From: an uncultured Alphaproteobacteria bacterium
Lineage (GTDB): Bacteria > Pseudomonadota > Alphaproteobacteria > Rs-D84
DNA: 64,000 bases
NCBI GenBank assembly: GCA_946623825.1
Contig: CAMORN010000001.1
Coordinates: 16,202-80,201, forward strand
Direction of reading: 5' to 3'
In this document: piece by piece, positions 30,213 through 40,700 of the stretch
Position numbering within the stretch: the stretch's first letter is position 1
Layout of the letters: every line of letters starts with the position of its first letter
Program-made: the position numbers and the translations under genes
Notes under the pieces: generated by a model
What the model was told of the DNA's origin: nothing
Databases searched by the model: none
The model's input: only the letters and a program-made list of their open reading frames with translations

Positions 30213-31144
30213 TATAAATCTCCTTTCTTAAGGCCTGTGTCTTTCGCCAGACCCATAACAATATTCATGTTTTCAATTGCTGAACCAGATGCACCTTTGC
30301 CCAGATTATCAAATCTTGAAACCAAAGTTATTCTGTCAGAATTCCCGAAAACAGAAATTTCCATATCGTCCCTGTCTGAAAAAGCCAACGCAGACAAAAA
30401 TCCATTTTCATCATTGTTTTCTGCGAAATGAACAATGCTGTCGTTATACATTTTTCGGTAGATATTTTTTATGTCATCTATATTTCCATTTATCGCGTTT
30501 GCAGATAACATAACAACTGTTGTCATGCCTTCATAATAAGGGGCAACAATTGGTGAAAATATAGGTTCGTTATTTAAACCACAAATTTTTTTCATTTCTG
30601 GTAAATGTTTGTGGTTTTGTGTCAAACCATAGATACGCGGTGCAGAAAATAAAAATGGTTTTTCAGCATCTTCATATTCTGCAATCATCTTTTTACCACC
30701 GCCGGAATAACCGGTCAGCGAATAACAAGACAACACAGTATCCACTGGTATAATTCCATTTTTTACAAGTGGTGCAACCAATGAAATAAAACCAATGGCA
30801 TGACAGCCCGGATTCGCAATTCGTTTTGCATTTTTAATTTTGTCGTGTTGATTTTCAAGTTCTGCGAATCCATAAACCCAATCATCGTTTGTACGATGTG
30901 CGGTTGATGTATCTATTACAATAGTGTTTTCATTTTCAATCATTTTTACTGCTTCAATACTTTCTGCATCTGGCAGACATAAAAAAGCAATATCAGATTT
31001 GTTAAGGGCATCTTTTCGTGCCTCTGGATTTTTCCTGAGTTCTTCAGGCAGAGTAATAATTTCAATGTCGTCTCTGTGCGAGAGTCTTTCAAATAATTTC
31101 AGTCCTGTTGTACCCTTACTTCCGTCTATGAATATTTTCTTCAT
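30212..31144 (-). CDS. argC: N-acetyl-gamma-glutamyl-phosphate reductase (short type)
   Basis: IFIDGSKGTTGL, IANPGCH, GYSGGGK and DNLGKGASG motifs. Confidence 0.96.
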   Translation of the reverse strand: MKKIFIDGSKGTTGLKLFERLSHRDDIEIITLPEELRKNPEARKDALNKSDIAFLCLPDAESIEAVKMIENENTIVIDTSTAHRTNDDWVYGFAELENQHDKIKNAKRIANPGCHAIGFISLVAPLVKNGIIPVDTVLSCYSLTGYSGGGKKMIAEYEDAEKPFLFSAPRIYGLTQNHKHLPEMKKICGLNNEPIFSPIVAPYYEGMTTVVMLSANAINGNIDDIKNIYRKMYNDSIVHFAENNDENGFLSALAFSDRDDMEISVFGNSDRITLVSRFDNLGKGASGSAIENMNIVMGLAKDTGLKKGDL

Positions 31145-31318
31145 ATTAACCTCTGTTTAGTGTTTATGCAGAACCACTTTTTTGATTAAATCGTATAAAG
31201 CGACTCTATTCACATTTTAGAGAAAAATGCAAATACAGGTCAAGTAAATTGCAACACAAAATAGATGTTTTTATGGGGTGAAAAATTACAAAAAATTACC
31301 CGCATTTTGCGGGTGTTT

Positions 31319-31993
31319 TTATTTCTTTCTGATTAAAACATGCCAATGATAACTTTCAAAAGTTTTATCATCTTTGGTTATGTATGTTCCAATGTGCTTT
31401 GTTTCAATGATTTCAAAATCGCAGAATATTTTTAATATCGCATCACGGTCTGCGTAAAAATGTGGAACCATGTATTCTGGGCCCGGTTCGTCACGTAATT
31501 TAGTGTTTTCATCAACGACAGGCCAATTTTGTTTGAATCCCCATGTTTCTTTTGATGCCAATGTGAAATAACATTCGCCACCAGATTTCAGAACGCGTTT
31601 TAATTCGTTTGCGATTTTATGAACCCCATTTGTATCGGTGTGTGAAATAACATTCATACATAAAATACAATCCATGCTGTTGTCTGTAAACGGAACATTT
31701 AACATGTCGCCTTGTTTCAATTCCAGATTGATTCCTAATTCTTTTGCCCACGCGCCGGTGCGTTCAATCGCGTTTTCGCTGATGTCAAAAGCAGACACAT
31801 CAAAACCGTTTAATCCAAATAAAATACAATGACGACCCAAACCGCAACCCAAATCAAGAAAAGTTTTTTTGTTTTGCTGTTTCCAACGGTGCAATAAATA
31901 ATAAGTTTCTGGGGCAGGGTTTTTCCAGACGTCTGCAATATTATCTGAAACGATTTTCCAATCCCAACCCTTTGATTCAATAATATCCGCCAT
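31319..31993 (-). CDS. Class I SAM-dependent methyltransferase
   Basis: 'FLDLGCGLGRH', 'AFDIS' and 'GDMLNVPF' motifs. Confidence 0.92.
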   Translation of the reverse strand: MADIIESKGWDWKIVSDNIADVWKNPAPETYYLLHRWKQQNKKTFLDLGCGLGRHCILFGLNGFDVSAFDISENAIERTGAWAKELGINLELKQGDMLNVPFTDNSMDCILCMNVISHTDTNGVHKIANELKRVLKSGGECYFTLASKETWGFKQNWPVVDENTKLRDEPGPEYMVPHFYADRDAILKIFCDFEIIETKHIGTYITKDDKTFESYHWHVLIRKK

Positions 31994-32088
31994 TGTTATT
32001 CCTTTTTTTTGGGTTGTGGTGTGTTAACAAAATGCGAACTATTTATTCCTTCTTCTCTTGCTCTTTGTGCACAATCAGCGTTATTCAT

Positions 32089-32304
32089 TCAATAATGTTC
32101 GCATTTATCACCGCCAACCAAATAAAACACGATGATGGGTATTATAAGAAGCATTCCAATACAGTAGAACCAGGCAAACCATGATTCTTTTTTGTATTCA
32201 GGTTGTAGCACTCTTAATAATATGCCCCAAAAAACAAGAACTAATAAAAATGCTAAATGTCCTTCTGTCATTTGTGTCTCCTTATTCGTTACTGTTATCG
32301 GCAT
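32089..32304 (-). CDS. Small two-TM membrane protein (possibly truncated)
   Basis: Two hydrophobic stretches; probable start at the internal MTEGH with an AAGGAG RBS. Confidence 0.5.
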   Translation of the reverse strand: MPITVTNKETQMTEGHLAFLLVLVFWGILLRVLQPEYKKESWFAWFYCIGMLLIIPIIVFYLVGGDKCEHY

Positions 32305-32357
32305 CCTCTTTATAGGTAGCAGTGTAATAGTTTTAATAAAAAAATAAAGATAATTTT
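32303..32357 (-). repeat. About 55-bp leader repeat, copy A (copy B at 33937-33992)
   Basis: atcctctttat..gtagca..gtaatagttttaataaaaaaataaagataatttt is shared, with 4 mismatches and 1 indel. Confidence 0.85.
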
Positions 32358-32427
32358 ATTTATAATTTAAACTCACCTTTTATCAGGCGAGTTTAATAGC
32401 TTTATACGTTTTTTACCATTTTGATAA

Positions 32428-33324
32428 TTATTTTTTTACACCCATAAAGTATGCCGGGTCCACAGATTTATGATTTGAAAAACCGTGTTGTATTTTTATC
32501 CCTGATACATAATTTTCATTGCCGCTGTAATGCATTTCGTAATGTAAATGTGAAATGCTTTTTTTCATGGTTGGATAATCTGTTTGTAATGTGTTTTTAA
32601 ATGCCTTGGCGCCACCAGTGTTGCCCAATGTTCCAATTTGACAGCCAGCCGACACATGTTGTCCTTGTTGGACCAATATCTGATTTAAATGCATATAATA
32701 TGTTTTAAAACCATTACCATGATTTATGCGGATATAATTTCCAGCGGAACTACCTTTTTTATTATGTTTTACAGTATCAACTGTGCCATCAGCCGTCGCA
32801 AAAATAGGTTTGTCGTAATGCCTTTCTGTACATCCAATATCAAATCCATAATGGTTGTCCCATTTAGGTTTGTCTTTTGTGCCAAAATTTCTTTTGCCGT
32901 ATGGAGAACAAAAAGTATAATCAGATTCCAATACTGGTTTTCCAATTGGAATTTTTTGCCCCGATGGAATCGCAGGATTTTTTATTGCACAAAATGTCGT
33001 TGATGATGTGTTTGGGCCGGAATTTGATGCGCCTGTGTTAATTGTTGTTGTTGTGGAAGCAGGCGTTGTTGCATCTGTTGCTTCGTTTTGTGCGATTTCT
33101 TCGGCGGTATCTTGATCAGTATAAACTATATTTAATTGATCGTATGCACTCAAACCGGCAAACAGTGCATAATCTTCGGCTTTGAATTCTTGTCTGGTGG
33201 AAAAATCTAAATCGTTAAATGTAGATGGAAAACCCTGAGCAGATAAAAAACTGTCCGCCAATGCGATATTTGGCCCAATCAAAACAAACAAAGATAATAA
33301 TACAGATTTTTTCATTATATCCAT
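32428..33324 (-). CDS. Secreted M23 family metallopeptidase
   Basis: Signal peptide, Thr/Ser-rich linker, HYGFD (HxxxD), YMHL and HLHYE motifs. Confidence 0.92.
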   Translation of the reverse strand: MDIMKKSVLLSLFVLIGPNIALADSFLSAQGFPSTFNDLDFSTRQEFKAEDYALFAGLSAYDQLNIVYTDQDTAEEIAQNEATDATTPASTTTTINTGASNSGPNTSSTTFCAIKNPAIPSGQKIPIGKPVLESDYTFCSPYGKRNFGTKDKPKWDNHYGFDIGCTERHYDKPIFATADGTVDTVKHNKKGSSAGNYIRINHGNGFKTYYMHLNQILVQQGQHVSAGCQIGTLGNTGGAKAFKNTLQTDYPTMKKSISHLHYEMHYSGNENYVSGIKIQHGFSNHKSVDPAYFMGVKK

Positions 33325-33449
33325 TTCGTCCTATTATAACAAAAAAAGGCGGTAAAATCTACTTGTTGTTGGACGATGTTTGGAACCAAACGGGCGTTCC
33401 AAAAGCCAAAATTAAAACGCACCATACAAATCTCTGGAATACGCACGCG

Positions 33450-33482
33450 ACCAAAAATTAAACCACCCGCATGGGGTGGTTG
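33450..33482. repeat. 33-bp terminator-containing direct repeat (second copy 35104-35136)
   Basis: accaaaaat(t/a)aaaccacccgcatggggtggttg with one mismatch. Confidence 0.88.
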
Positions 33483-33507
33483 TTTTTATTAATAAAATGC
33501 GAACTAA

Positions 33508-33933
33508 TTATTCTTTAGGTTTTTGCTCTTTTTCCCATTTTTCGTATTCTGGGTTTGGAATATATTTATCTATCATTTTTAATTTTGGGACAGTTTTTAA
33601 GACCTTATTTTTAGTTGTATATTCGTAGGTGCCATCGATGATTAAACACTTTTCTTCAGAACTTGGTGAAATTATTTGTTCATCATAAAAAAGTGTGTTT
33701 TTAGGTTTTTTGAGAAATACCACCATTCCCGGTAAACAAGAAGTACTATACTCTTGTTTGCATACATATGCTAATGCTCCATTTTCATTGGATAGTGTTT
33801 GTAGTATTTCAAAAGTTTTATTGCTAAAATCTGAACATTTAGGATTTTCTATTGTTTTTGATGGTTGTGTTATAACTGCTGGTAATGTACAACCACATAC
33901 TAAAACAGACAATAATAAAACAAATTTTTTCAT
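33508..33933 (-). CDS. Putative lipoprotein
   Basis: MKK, hydrophobic stretch and lipobox-like VCGC; AAGAGG RBS. Confidence 0.75.
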   Translation of the reverse strand: MKKFVLLLSVLVCGCTLPAVITQPSKTIENPKCSDFSNKTFEILQTLSNENGALAYVCKQEYSTSCLPGMVVFLKKPKNTLFYDEQIISPSSEEKCLIIDGTYEYTTKNKVLKTVPKLKMIDKYIPNPEYEKWEKEQKPKE

Positions 33934-33991
33934 GGTATCCTCTTTATGAGTAGCATGGTAATAGTTTTAATAAAAAAAATAAAGATAATTT

Positions 33992-34981
33992 TTAAAAAGA
34001 ACCTTCTAATATAAAGTTTGCTGCGTCTTCTGGTAAAACATTATTATCATTAAACCAACAAAGTAGCTTAGTGTATATAGAAATATCGGCAACAATCTCA
34101 ATCTTAATAGGCGCAATAAAACATTTTTTTGATATTATGTCAGCAACTAATTTTCTGTATTCTATATTATCTGTGTGGTGGTGTTTTTGATTTTTGCCAA
34201 TAATATGTGACAAATCATCTTGTTTATTTGTCATTATAGCATATCTTTTGTCAATTTCTTCAGTTTTTAAACAGTTGTTGTATTTTTCAAGCATATTTGC
34301 TTCGAGTTCTTTCTGTAATATTTTTTGTTTTATTGTTAGAAGTTTATCTCTAAAAGTATTTTGTTTTACTTCCTTTACGAATTGTTCAAAATATATTTCT
34401 TCCATTATATTATTGTCAGGGAAAATACGATAAAGCAATCTATCACCAGAATTTTTAAAACCAAAAAAATCGAAAATTACAGGTACTGTATTTTTTTGCC
34501 ATGCGTCTGGAAAACAATCTCTGGAAATATACGCCAAATCAGTACTTTCAATGGTGTCTTTCAAATTGTTCTGTTTTTGAAATTTTTTGTAGGCATTTTT
34601 AGAATTAGAACAATCAACCACCCAAATCATATTTTTATAAAACTTCTCTCGTTTTCGTTGTTCTTCCATTGACATAGGAGAATGTTGAAATTCTATAACA
34701 AGCCCATCTGGTGTTTTTATATCAGCTATATGTCTTTCGCCGTTTTCTTCAACTACGATTTCTTGCCAATCATTATCAAAACTATCTTGCCATTTACGAT
34801 GCCATTCGCCTTTGTTTTCCCACCATGAATCACAATCTTGTACAGATTCATGAGCCCAGTGATGTGCTTTTTTTTCGCCACATTTTGCAATTACAGGATT
34901 TCCACATACTGGACATTGACCATGTAGCCCTTTATGGGCTTCTGTTTTTTTACCGTCAACAATCGCAAATTTAGTCTTCAT
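33992..34981 (-). CDS. CoiA-like (competence-associated) nuclease family protein
   Basis: CPVC...HWAH zinc ribbon, 'HRKWQ', 'HIADI', 'VIEFQHS' PD-(D/E)xK-like core and 'WVVD'. Confidence 0.85.
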   Translation of the reverse strand: MKTKFAIVDGKKTEAHKGLHGQCPVCGNPVIAKCGEKKAHHWAHESVQDCDSWWENKGEWHRKWQDSFDNDWQEIVVEENGERHIADIKTPDGLVIEFQHSPMSMEEQRKREKFYKNMIWVVDCSNSKNAYKKFQKQNNLKDTIESTDLAYISRDCFPDAWQKNTVPVIFDFFGFKNSGDRLLYRIFPDNNIMEEIYFEQFVKEVKQNTFRDKLLTIKQKILQKELEANMLEKYNNCLKTEEIDKRYAIMTNKQDDLSHIIGKNQKHHHTDNIEYRKLVADIISKKCFIAPIKIEIVADISIYTKLLCWFNDNNVLPEDAANFILEGSF

Positions 34982-35142
34982 ATCAAATTAAATGATAATG
35001 GTTTATTTTGCAATTTAAAGTAAAAATCCAAATGAATACAATATTTTTTCTTATTCGTTTCTCTTGCTGTTTACATCCATTTCAAATCAAACGGACAAAC
35101 CAAACCAAAAATAAAACCACCCGCATGGGGTGGTTGAATTTT

Positions 35143-35216
35143 TGGTTGGAGCGCACGGATTCGAACCATGATAAAGAGAACCAAAATCTCTTGTCCTACC
35201 ATTAGACGACGCTCCA
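35143..35216 (-). tRNA. tRNA-Gln (anticodon TTG)
   Basis: Reverse complement folds as TGGAGCG/CGCTCCA acceptor stem, AGAGA-TTTTGGT-TCTCT anticodon arm, CATGG-TTCGAAT-CCGTG T-arm and encoded CCA. Confidence 0.96.
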
Positions 35217-35398
35217 AGGACTGTTGCTTATTATATATACTTTCTTTGCTTTTGCAATAAAAAATTTGGGTCAATAAAATTATTTCTATAATTTATTAAA
35301 TTTTTTAATGTTTTTTGCTTGACTTTGTTTTTGTTATAAATATAATCATTAAAGTTTTTAATGATTTATTTTTTGAATAATCAAAAAAGGAAAAAACA

Positions 35399-35848
35399 AT
35401 GACCCATGCAGAAGTGTCAAAATTGATGGCTGAAAATATGCGTATAATTGGCAGATTATCCAGCAGATTACAACCTATATTTGAAGAAACATCTAAAAAC
35501 AGCAGACAACAGATGTCTGTTTTGGTTCGTTTATATTTAGCTGGTAAAATTAAATTGAAAGATTTTGCCGCGAGAGAGGTTATTTCCACCGCTAATTTAT
35601 GCAGTGTATTTCGCAAATTGGAACAAGACAAATTGATTGTTCGTTCTGTGGATAAAGATGACCACAGGGACACTTGGTATGAAGTCAGCAAATCAGGTAA
35701 AGTGATGGCTGAAAAATTATTGGATAAATTTTTAACCGCGCTTGAATCTTTGTGCAAGGTTTTACCAGAAGAAGACGAAGATGCGTTGGCGGAAACAGTT
35801 AAAACTATGAACGGTATTTTGAAAAAGATGGAGATTGCAAATGCGTAA
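35399..35848 (+). CDS. MarR family transcriptional regulator
   Basis: wHTH 'NLCSVFRKLEQDKLIVRSVDKDDHR'; first gene of the efflux operon. Confidence 0.88.
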   Translation: MTHAEVSKLMAENMRIIGRLSSRLQPIFEETSKNSRQQMSVLVRLYLAGKIKLKDFAAREVISTANLCSVFRKLEQDKLIVRSVDKDDHRDTWYEVSKSGKVMAEKLLDKFLTALESLCKVLPEEDEDALAETVKTMNGILKKMEIANA

Positions 35849-37154
35849 ATATTTATTTTGTATTTTATCTGGTTTAATGTTTTTGCCAAATGCGTATTCT
35901 ATGGATTTGACATTAAATGATGTGATAAACAAAATTGTTGCAGAATCAAATGATGTTAAAACCGCTGATGCAAATATTAAAAAAGCCAAGGCACAATTAC
36001 GCAGTGTCAATGCAAATCGTTGGATGTCTGTTGATGCGACTGCTACATATATGAATCTAATTGACCCAACACACCCAAGCCGTTCCGAAGGTGTAAAAAT
36101 TCCATCTGAAATTGGTGCATTGATAAACAGTTCTATGCCAATCCCATTAAAAGAAATCCCAGACAATATGTTTATGGCGGGGGTGCAAATTACACAACCA
36201 ATTTATACATTTGGAAAAATTGGAAACGCGGTTGATGCAATGCATGATGCAATTGATATGTCTAAATCTGCAAAAGATTTAACAATCAGAGAGGTTAAAT
36301 ATGCCGCCGCGAATTTATATTGGACCGCTAAAATGACAGATGGTATTGTTGTTGCCAGTCAAAAAAATTTGGATAATGTTCGTGCGGCGAAAAAGAAATT
36401 GACCGCTGCGGGTCGTGCAAACAGAAGCAATTTGATTAAAATCGAATCTGATATTGCAGCAAAAGAAATCAATTTATCTGATGCTGAATTTAATCGTGAT
36501 ACCGCATACAGAATGTTAAAAATTATGGCTGGTATAGATTTAGATGAAGAAATCAAATTGGTTGATGAAATTCCGTCTAAATTCTCTGAAATAGAAGCAA
36601 AAGAATTAAAATCTAATCCGGAATGGGATATTTATCAAAAACAAATTAAAATGTATGAATCAAATGCGTCATCTAAACGCGCCGGTGGGTATCCAACATT
36701 GGCTGCGATGGCGGAATATGATTATTTTTCAATGGGGACAAATATGAATAATATTTTCGCCAAGGAAGGTGATCAATCAGCATATTGGGGTTTGGCGTTA
36801 AAGGTTCCTTTGTTTAACGGTGGTCTGCATTCTGCAAACGCAACAATAGAAGCGATGAACGCGGAATCTGCACGTCAGGAATTAGATAAATCTAAAAAAC
36901 TGAAAAAGGAAGAATACAATACAGCTGTGAAAAAATATAAACATTTGTGTTCTAATTTGGACAAATTGAACGAAGCATATTCTTTGGCACAAAAGGCATA
37001 TGATGTTTCTGTGAATCGTTTTGCCGCCGGTCAAACATCTGCGATTGAATTGTCTGATGTTTCAAATGCTTTGTATCAAATGGATATGGCGTTATTAAAT
37101 GCGAAATATAATATTTTAATGTCAGAAGAAACTGTTAAAAAATTAGGTGAATAA
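35841..37154 (+). CDS. TolC family outer membrane efflux protein
   Basis: Signal peptide, OEP repeats 'ITQPIYTFGK' and 'LKVPLFNGG', and 'RFAAGQTSAIELSD'. Confidence 0.9.
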   Translation: MRKYLFCILSGLMFLPNAYSMDLTLNDVINKIVAESNDVKTADANIKKAKAQLRSVNANRWMSVDATATYMNLIDPTHPSRSEGVKIPSEIGALINSSMPIPLKEIPDNMFMAGVQITQPIYTFGKIGNAVDAMHDAIDMSKSAKDLTIREVKYAAANLYWTAKMTDGIVVASQKNLDNVRAAKKKLTAAGRANRSNLIKIESDIAAKEINLSDAEFNRDTAYRMLKIMAGIDLDEEIKLVDEIPSKFSEIEAKELKSNPEWDIYQKQIKMYESNASSKRAGGYPTLAAMAEYDYFSMGTNMNNIFAKEGDQSAYWGLALKVPLFNGGLHSANATIEAMNAESARQELDKSKKLKKEEYNTAVKKYKHLCSNLDKLNEAYSLAQKAYDVSVNRFAAGQTSAIELSDVSNALYQMDMALLNAKYNILMSEETVKKLGE

Positions 37155-37155
37155 A

Positions 37156-37773
37156 ATGACAAAGACCGAAAGAATAGAAAACATTGTTAAAAAATTGAAA
37201 ACTCGTAAATCTAAAAATGTGATTTATACGATTATAATTGCGCTGGTTGTTGGTGCGTTTGCACACAGATTTTATATTTATGGTGTTGAACAAAATACCA
37301 AGGTATTTAATATCGCACGCAATAATATTGAAAATGGTTTGCCGGTTGATGTTTTGGAAATGCACAAAACAGACGGTGTTTTATATGAACCGTTAAATAT
37401 AAAAAATAATCGTGCATTTGTTGATGGTAAACGCGTAAAGTTATTCAAAGCGGGACAAAAAATTGGTAATTGCAAAATAGTATCTGTTTCACAAAATATA
37501 GATCTTGATTATGGTATGCATGTAATCAGAACAAAAAATTGTGAAAACGGTTTGCAAAATGTTGAATTAAAGGCAAATGGTTTTTATGTGCCTGTATCCG
37601 CAATTGTTGGTAATACTGTTTTTGTTGCAGATGGCGGAATTGCCCGTGCACGTGAAATTGTTATATCTGGTCGTGATTCACAAAATGCATTGGTAAAATC
37701 AGGTTTAAATGATGGCGATATTGTCATTTTATCTGATGTTCGTGATAATCAAAAAATTAAAATTGAAAAATAG
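37156..37773 (+). CDS. Short efflux periplasmic adaptor (MFP-like)
   Basis: N-terminal TM segment; C-terminal 'VPVSAI...VFV...AREIVISG...VKSGLNDGDIVI' membrane-proximal motif; lies between tolC and the RND gene. Confidence 0.75.
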   Translation: MTKTERIENIVKKLKTRKSKNVIYTIIIALVVGAFAHRFYIYGVEQNTKVFNIARNNIENGLPVDVLEMHKTDGVLYEPLNIKNNRAFVDGKRVKLFKAGQKIGNCKIVSVSQNIDLDYGMHVIRTKNCENGLQNVELKANGFYVPVSAIVGNTVFVADGGIARAREIVISGRDSQNALVKSGLNDGDIVILSDVRDNQKIKIEK

Positions 37774-37790
37774 TCTTGGGGGAAAACAAA

Positions 37791-40700
37791 ATGTTAAAAT
37801 TCTTTATTCGCAAACCTGTTACAACAATTATGTTTGTTTTGTTCTTTGTTATATTGGGAATTGTTTCTTTCCCAAAGATGAATATTGAAAGAACACCATC
37901 TGTTGATTTTCCATATGTGACGGCTACATTTGTTTATCCAGGGGCGTCCAGTGAAGAAATTGAAAGTCAGGTTGTAAAAAAAGCTGAAAACGCAATGTCA
38001 GAAGTTGCGGGTGTGAAAAAAATCACATCTTCTGTTTATGAAAATTCTGCATTTGTGGTGGCTGAATTTAATTTGGGTGTAAATGTAGATGACAAGGCGA
38101 ATGAAGTTAAAGCAAAGATAGACGGACTTGCTAATGATTTTCCAGATGATTTAAAACAGCCTGTGATTGCTAAATTGAATCCTTTGCAACAGGCGGTTTT
38201 AGATATTGTTATCAAGGGTGGTAATCCAAAAGATATTGAAAAATATATAGATGACACTTTGTCCAATAAATTAACATCTGTAAAAGGTGTCGCATCTGTT
38301 GATACATTTGGTGGCCGCGAAAGGGCTGTTCGTATTTCTATGGACCCAGATTTAATGGCTGCGCATGGTGTGACAATAAATGACATTGTAAATGCAATTG
38401 CAACGCGTAATTTGAATGTGCCTGGGGGAAAAATAGAAACAAATATAAATTCTGAAAATGTCAGATTTGTTGGTGAATTTCAATCTGTTGATGAAATCGC
38501 AAATCTTGAAATCGCAACAGTAGAAGGTGAAACTTTCAAATTATCATCTGTCGCAAATGTCAGGGACGAAATGCGTGATATTGAAAATGGTGCAAGATAC
38601 AACGGTGAAAATGTTGTTATTATGTCTATTGTAAAAGCATCCGATGGTAATGCAATTAAAATATCAAAGGCTTTGCGTCAAAAATTGCCAGAATTGGAAT
38701 CAGTAATGCAACAAAAATTCCCAGATACCACAATGGAAATTGTGTTTGATTCATCTATCCATGTTTCAGATGATACAAACGATACCATTAACGGTATTAT
38801 CTTGGGTGTTATATTTACAATTATTGTTTTGTTGGCATTTACCAGAAATTGGCGTTCAACAATTATTGCTGGTGTTGTGATTCCTGCGTCTTTGTTATCA
38901 GGTTTCTTTTTAATGGACGGTTCTGGATTTACTATCAATGCGATGACTTTGTTGGCGTATGCAACGGCACTTGGGACATTGGTGTCAAATGCTATTATTT
39001 TGATTGAATCTGCATTGACTGAATTGCATGCTGGAAAAAGTCCAGATGAAGCCGCAGAACAAGGAACCAAGAAAGTTGCCGTTCCGGTGTTGGCGGGTGT
39101 TGGAACAAATGTTGTTGTGTTTTTACCATTGGCATTTATGGGTGGTATTGCCGGTCAATTTATGTTGCAATTTGGTATGACAGTTGTTTATTTAACTTTG
39201 TTGTCTTTGCTGTTTTCGTTCACTTTGACACCTATGATGATTGCAAAATTGTTAAGATTGCCACGCAAACAACAAACAAAAAAAGACATAAAAGAATTGA
39301 AAGAACACAACGACGCAACAAGATTGCATTCATGGTATGAATATCAATATAAACATCCGTTCTATGTTATCTTGGGTGCAATTGGTGTTTTAATTATGTC
39401 TGCGCAATTGATGGGTTTTGTTGGAAACGAATTTTCACCATCAACCGATGCAAATGAAATTACTATCAAAGCGCGTACACCAATGGGCAGTGTTTATGCA
39501 AAATCTGAATCTGTGGCAAAACAGATAGAAGAAAAATTAAAACAATTCCCAGAAGTTGAATCTACAACTGTAAAAATCGGGGAACGTGGTTTGGAAAACA
39601 TCAATGTCAAAGTTTCTTTGGTTGATGTGAAAAAAAGAAATATATCTGATAAAAAATTGGCTCAAAAAATATTGCCAACATTATCAGATATCAAAGACGC
39701 AGAAATTCAAATTCGTGCTGGTGAAGCAATCTCTGGTTCCGCAATCAGTTCGGATATGGTTTTGAATGTCTATGGTGATGATGATGTAAAAAGAGCTGCT
39801 TATGCAAATCAAATTATAGATATGGTAAATAAAATTGAAGCGGTGCAGAGTGCAGTTATCGCTCAACAAGAACCAAGTAATGAAATTCGTTTTATCCCAG
39901 ATGATGAAAAAATGAATTTTTGGGGTGTAAAAAATGCTCAGGCAGGTTCTACTCTGCGTACGGCTTTGTTTGGAAATGATAATTATAAATATAAAGAAAA
40001 AGGTGATGAATACCCGATTATTTTAGAATTTGAAAAACAATATAAAAAACAAACTATGTTTGAAAATGTTTATGTAAATTCACACAAGGGCATGGTTGCA
40101 TTATCTCAATTGGGACAAATAAAAAGTGTTCCTGCAACATCTAATATCAATCGTCTGGATAAAAGCCGTGTGACAGAAATAGATATTAATATTGGTAAAT
40201 CAACATTAGGACCGGTGCAGAACGAAATTCAAAAGAAATTAGATTCTATAAATTGGGAAACTGGATATCGTGCTTCTTTCGCAGGTATGTCTGAAATTCA
40301 AGATGAAACAAACGGTGAAATCGGTCAGGCATTCTTGCTGGCCACAATTTTGACATTTATGTTGTTGGCTGCAATTATGAATTCCTTGATTCATCCGTTC
40401 ACAATTGCAACATCTATTATAACCAGTTTTGCCGGTGTGTTTGTTGTGTTGTTCTTGTCTGGTGCTTCGTTAAATATTGGTGCGATGTTGGCATTTATTA
40501 TGTTGGTTGGTTTGGTGGTTAACAACAATATTTTGGTGTTGGAACCAACGGTTGCGCGTGTCCAGTCTGGCGAAGACGCAAAAACAGTTTTATGGCAAGA
40601 ATTGATGGATAAAAAACGTATGATTTGGATGACTACGATTGCAGTTGTTGCGGGTATGATTCCACAATTATGGGCAAATGATGGTATGAAGGTCGCAATG

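Noticed and set aside
31145-31300. ARG boxes upstream of argC
   Set aside because: Only partial half-site matches, expected by chance in AT-rich DNA; no argR nearby.
31996-32091. TGA readthrough or recoding in the small membrane ORF (frame stays open 31 codons after the TGA)
   Set aside because: Other genes end normally at TGA (for example PBP1A), so code 11 applies. A nonsense mutation or chance explains it.
35143-35216. A73 discriminator in tRNA-Gln
   Set aside because: The U1-A72 pair fits ordinary GatCAB-type recognition, and one variant base does not support a claim.
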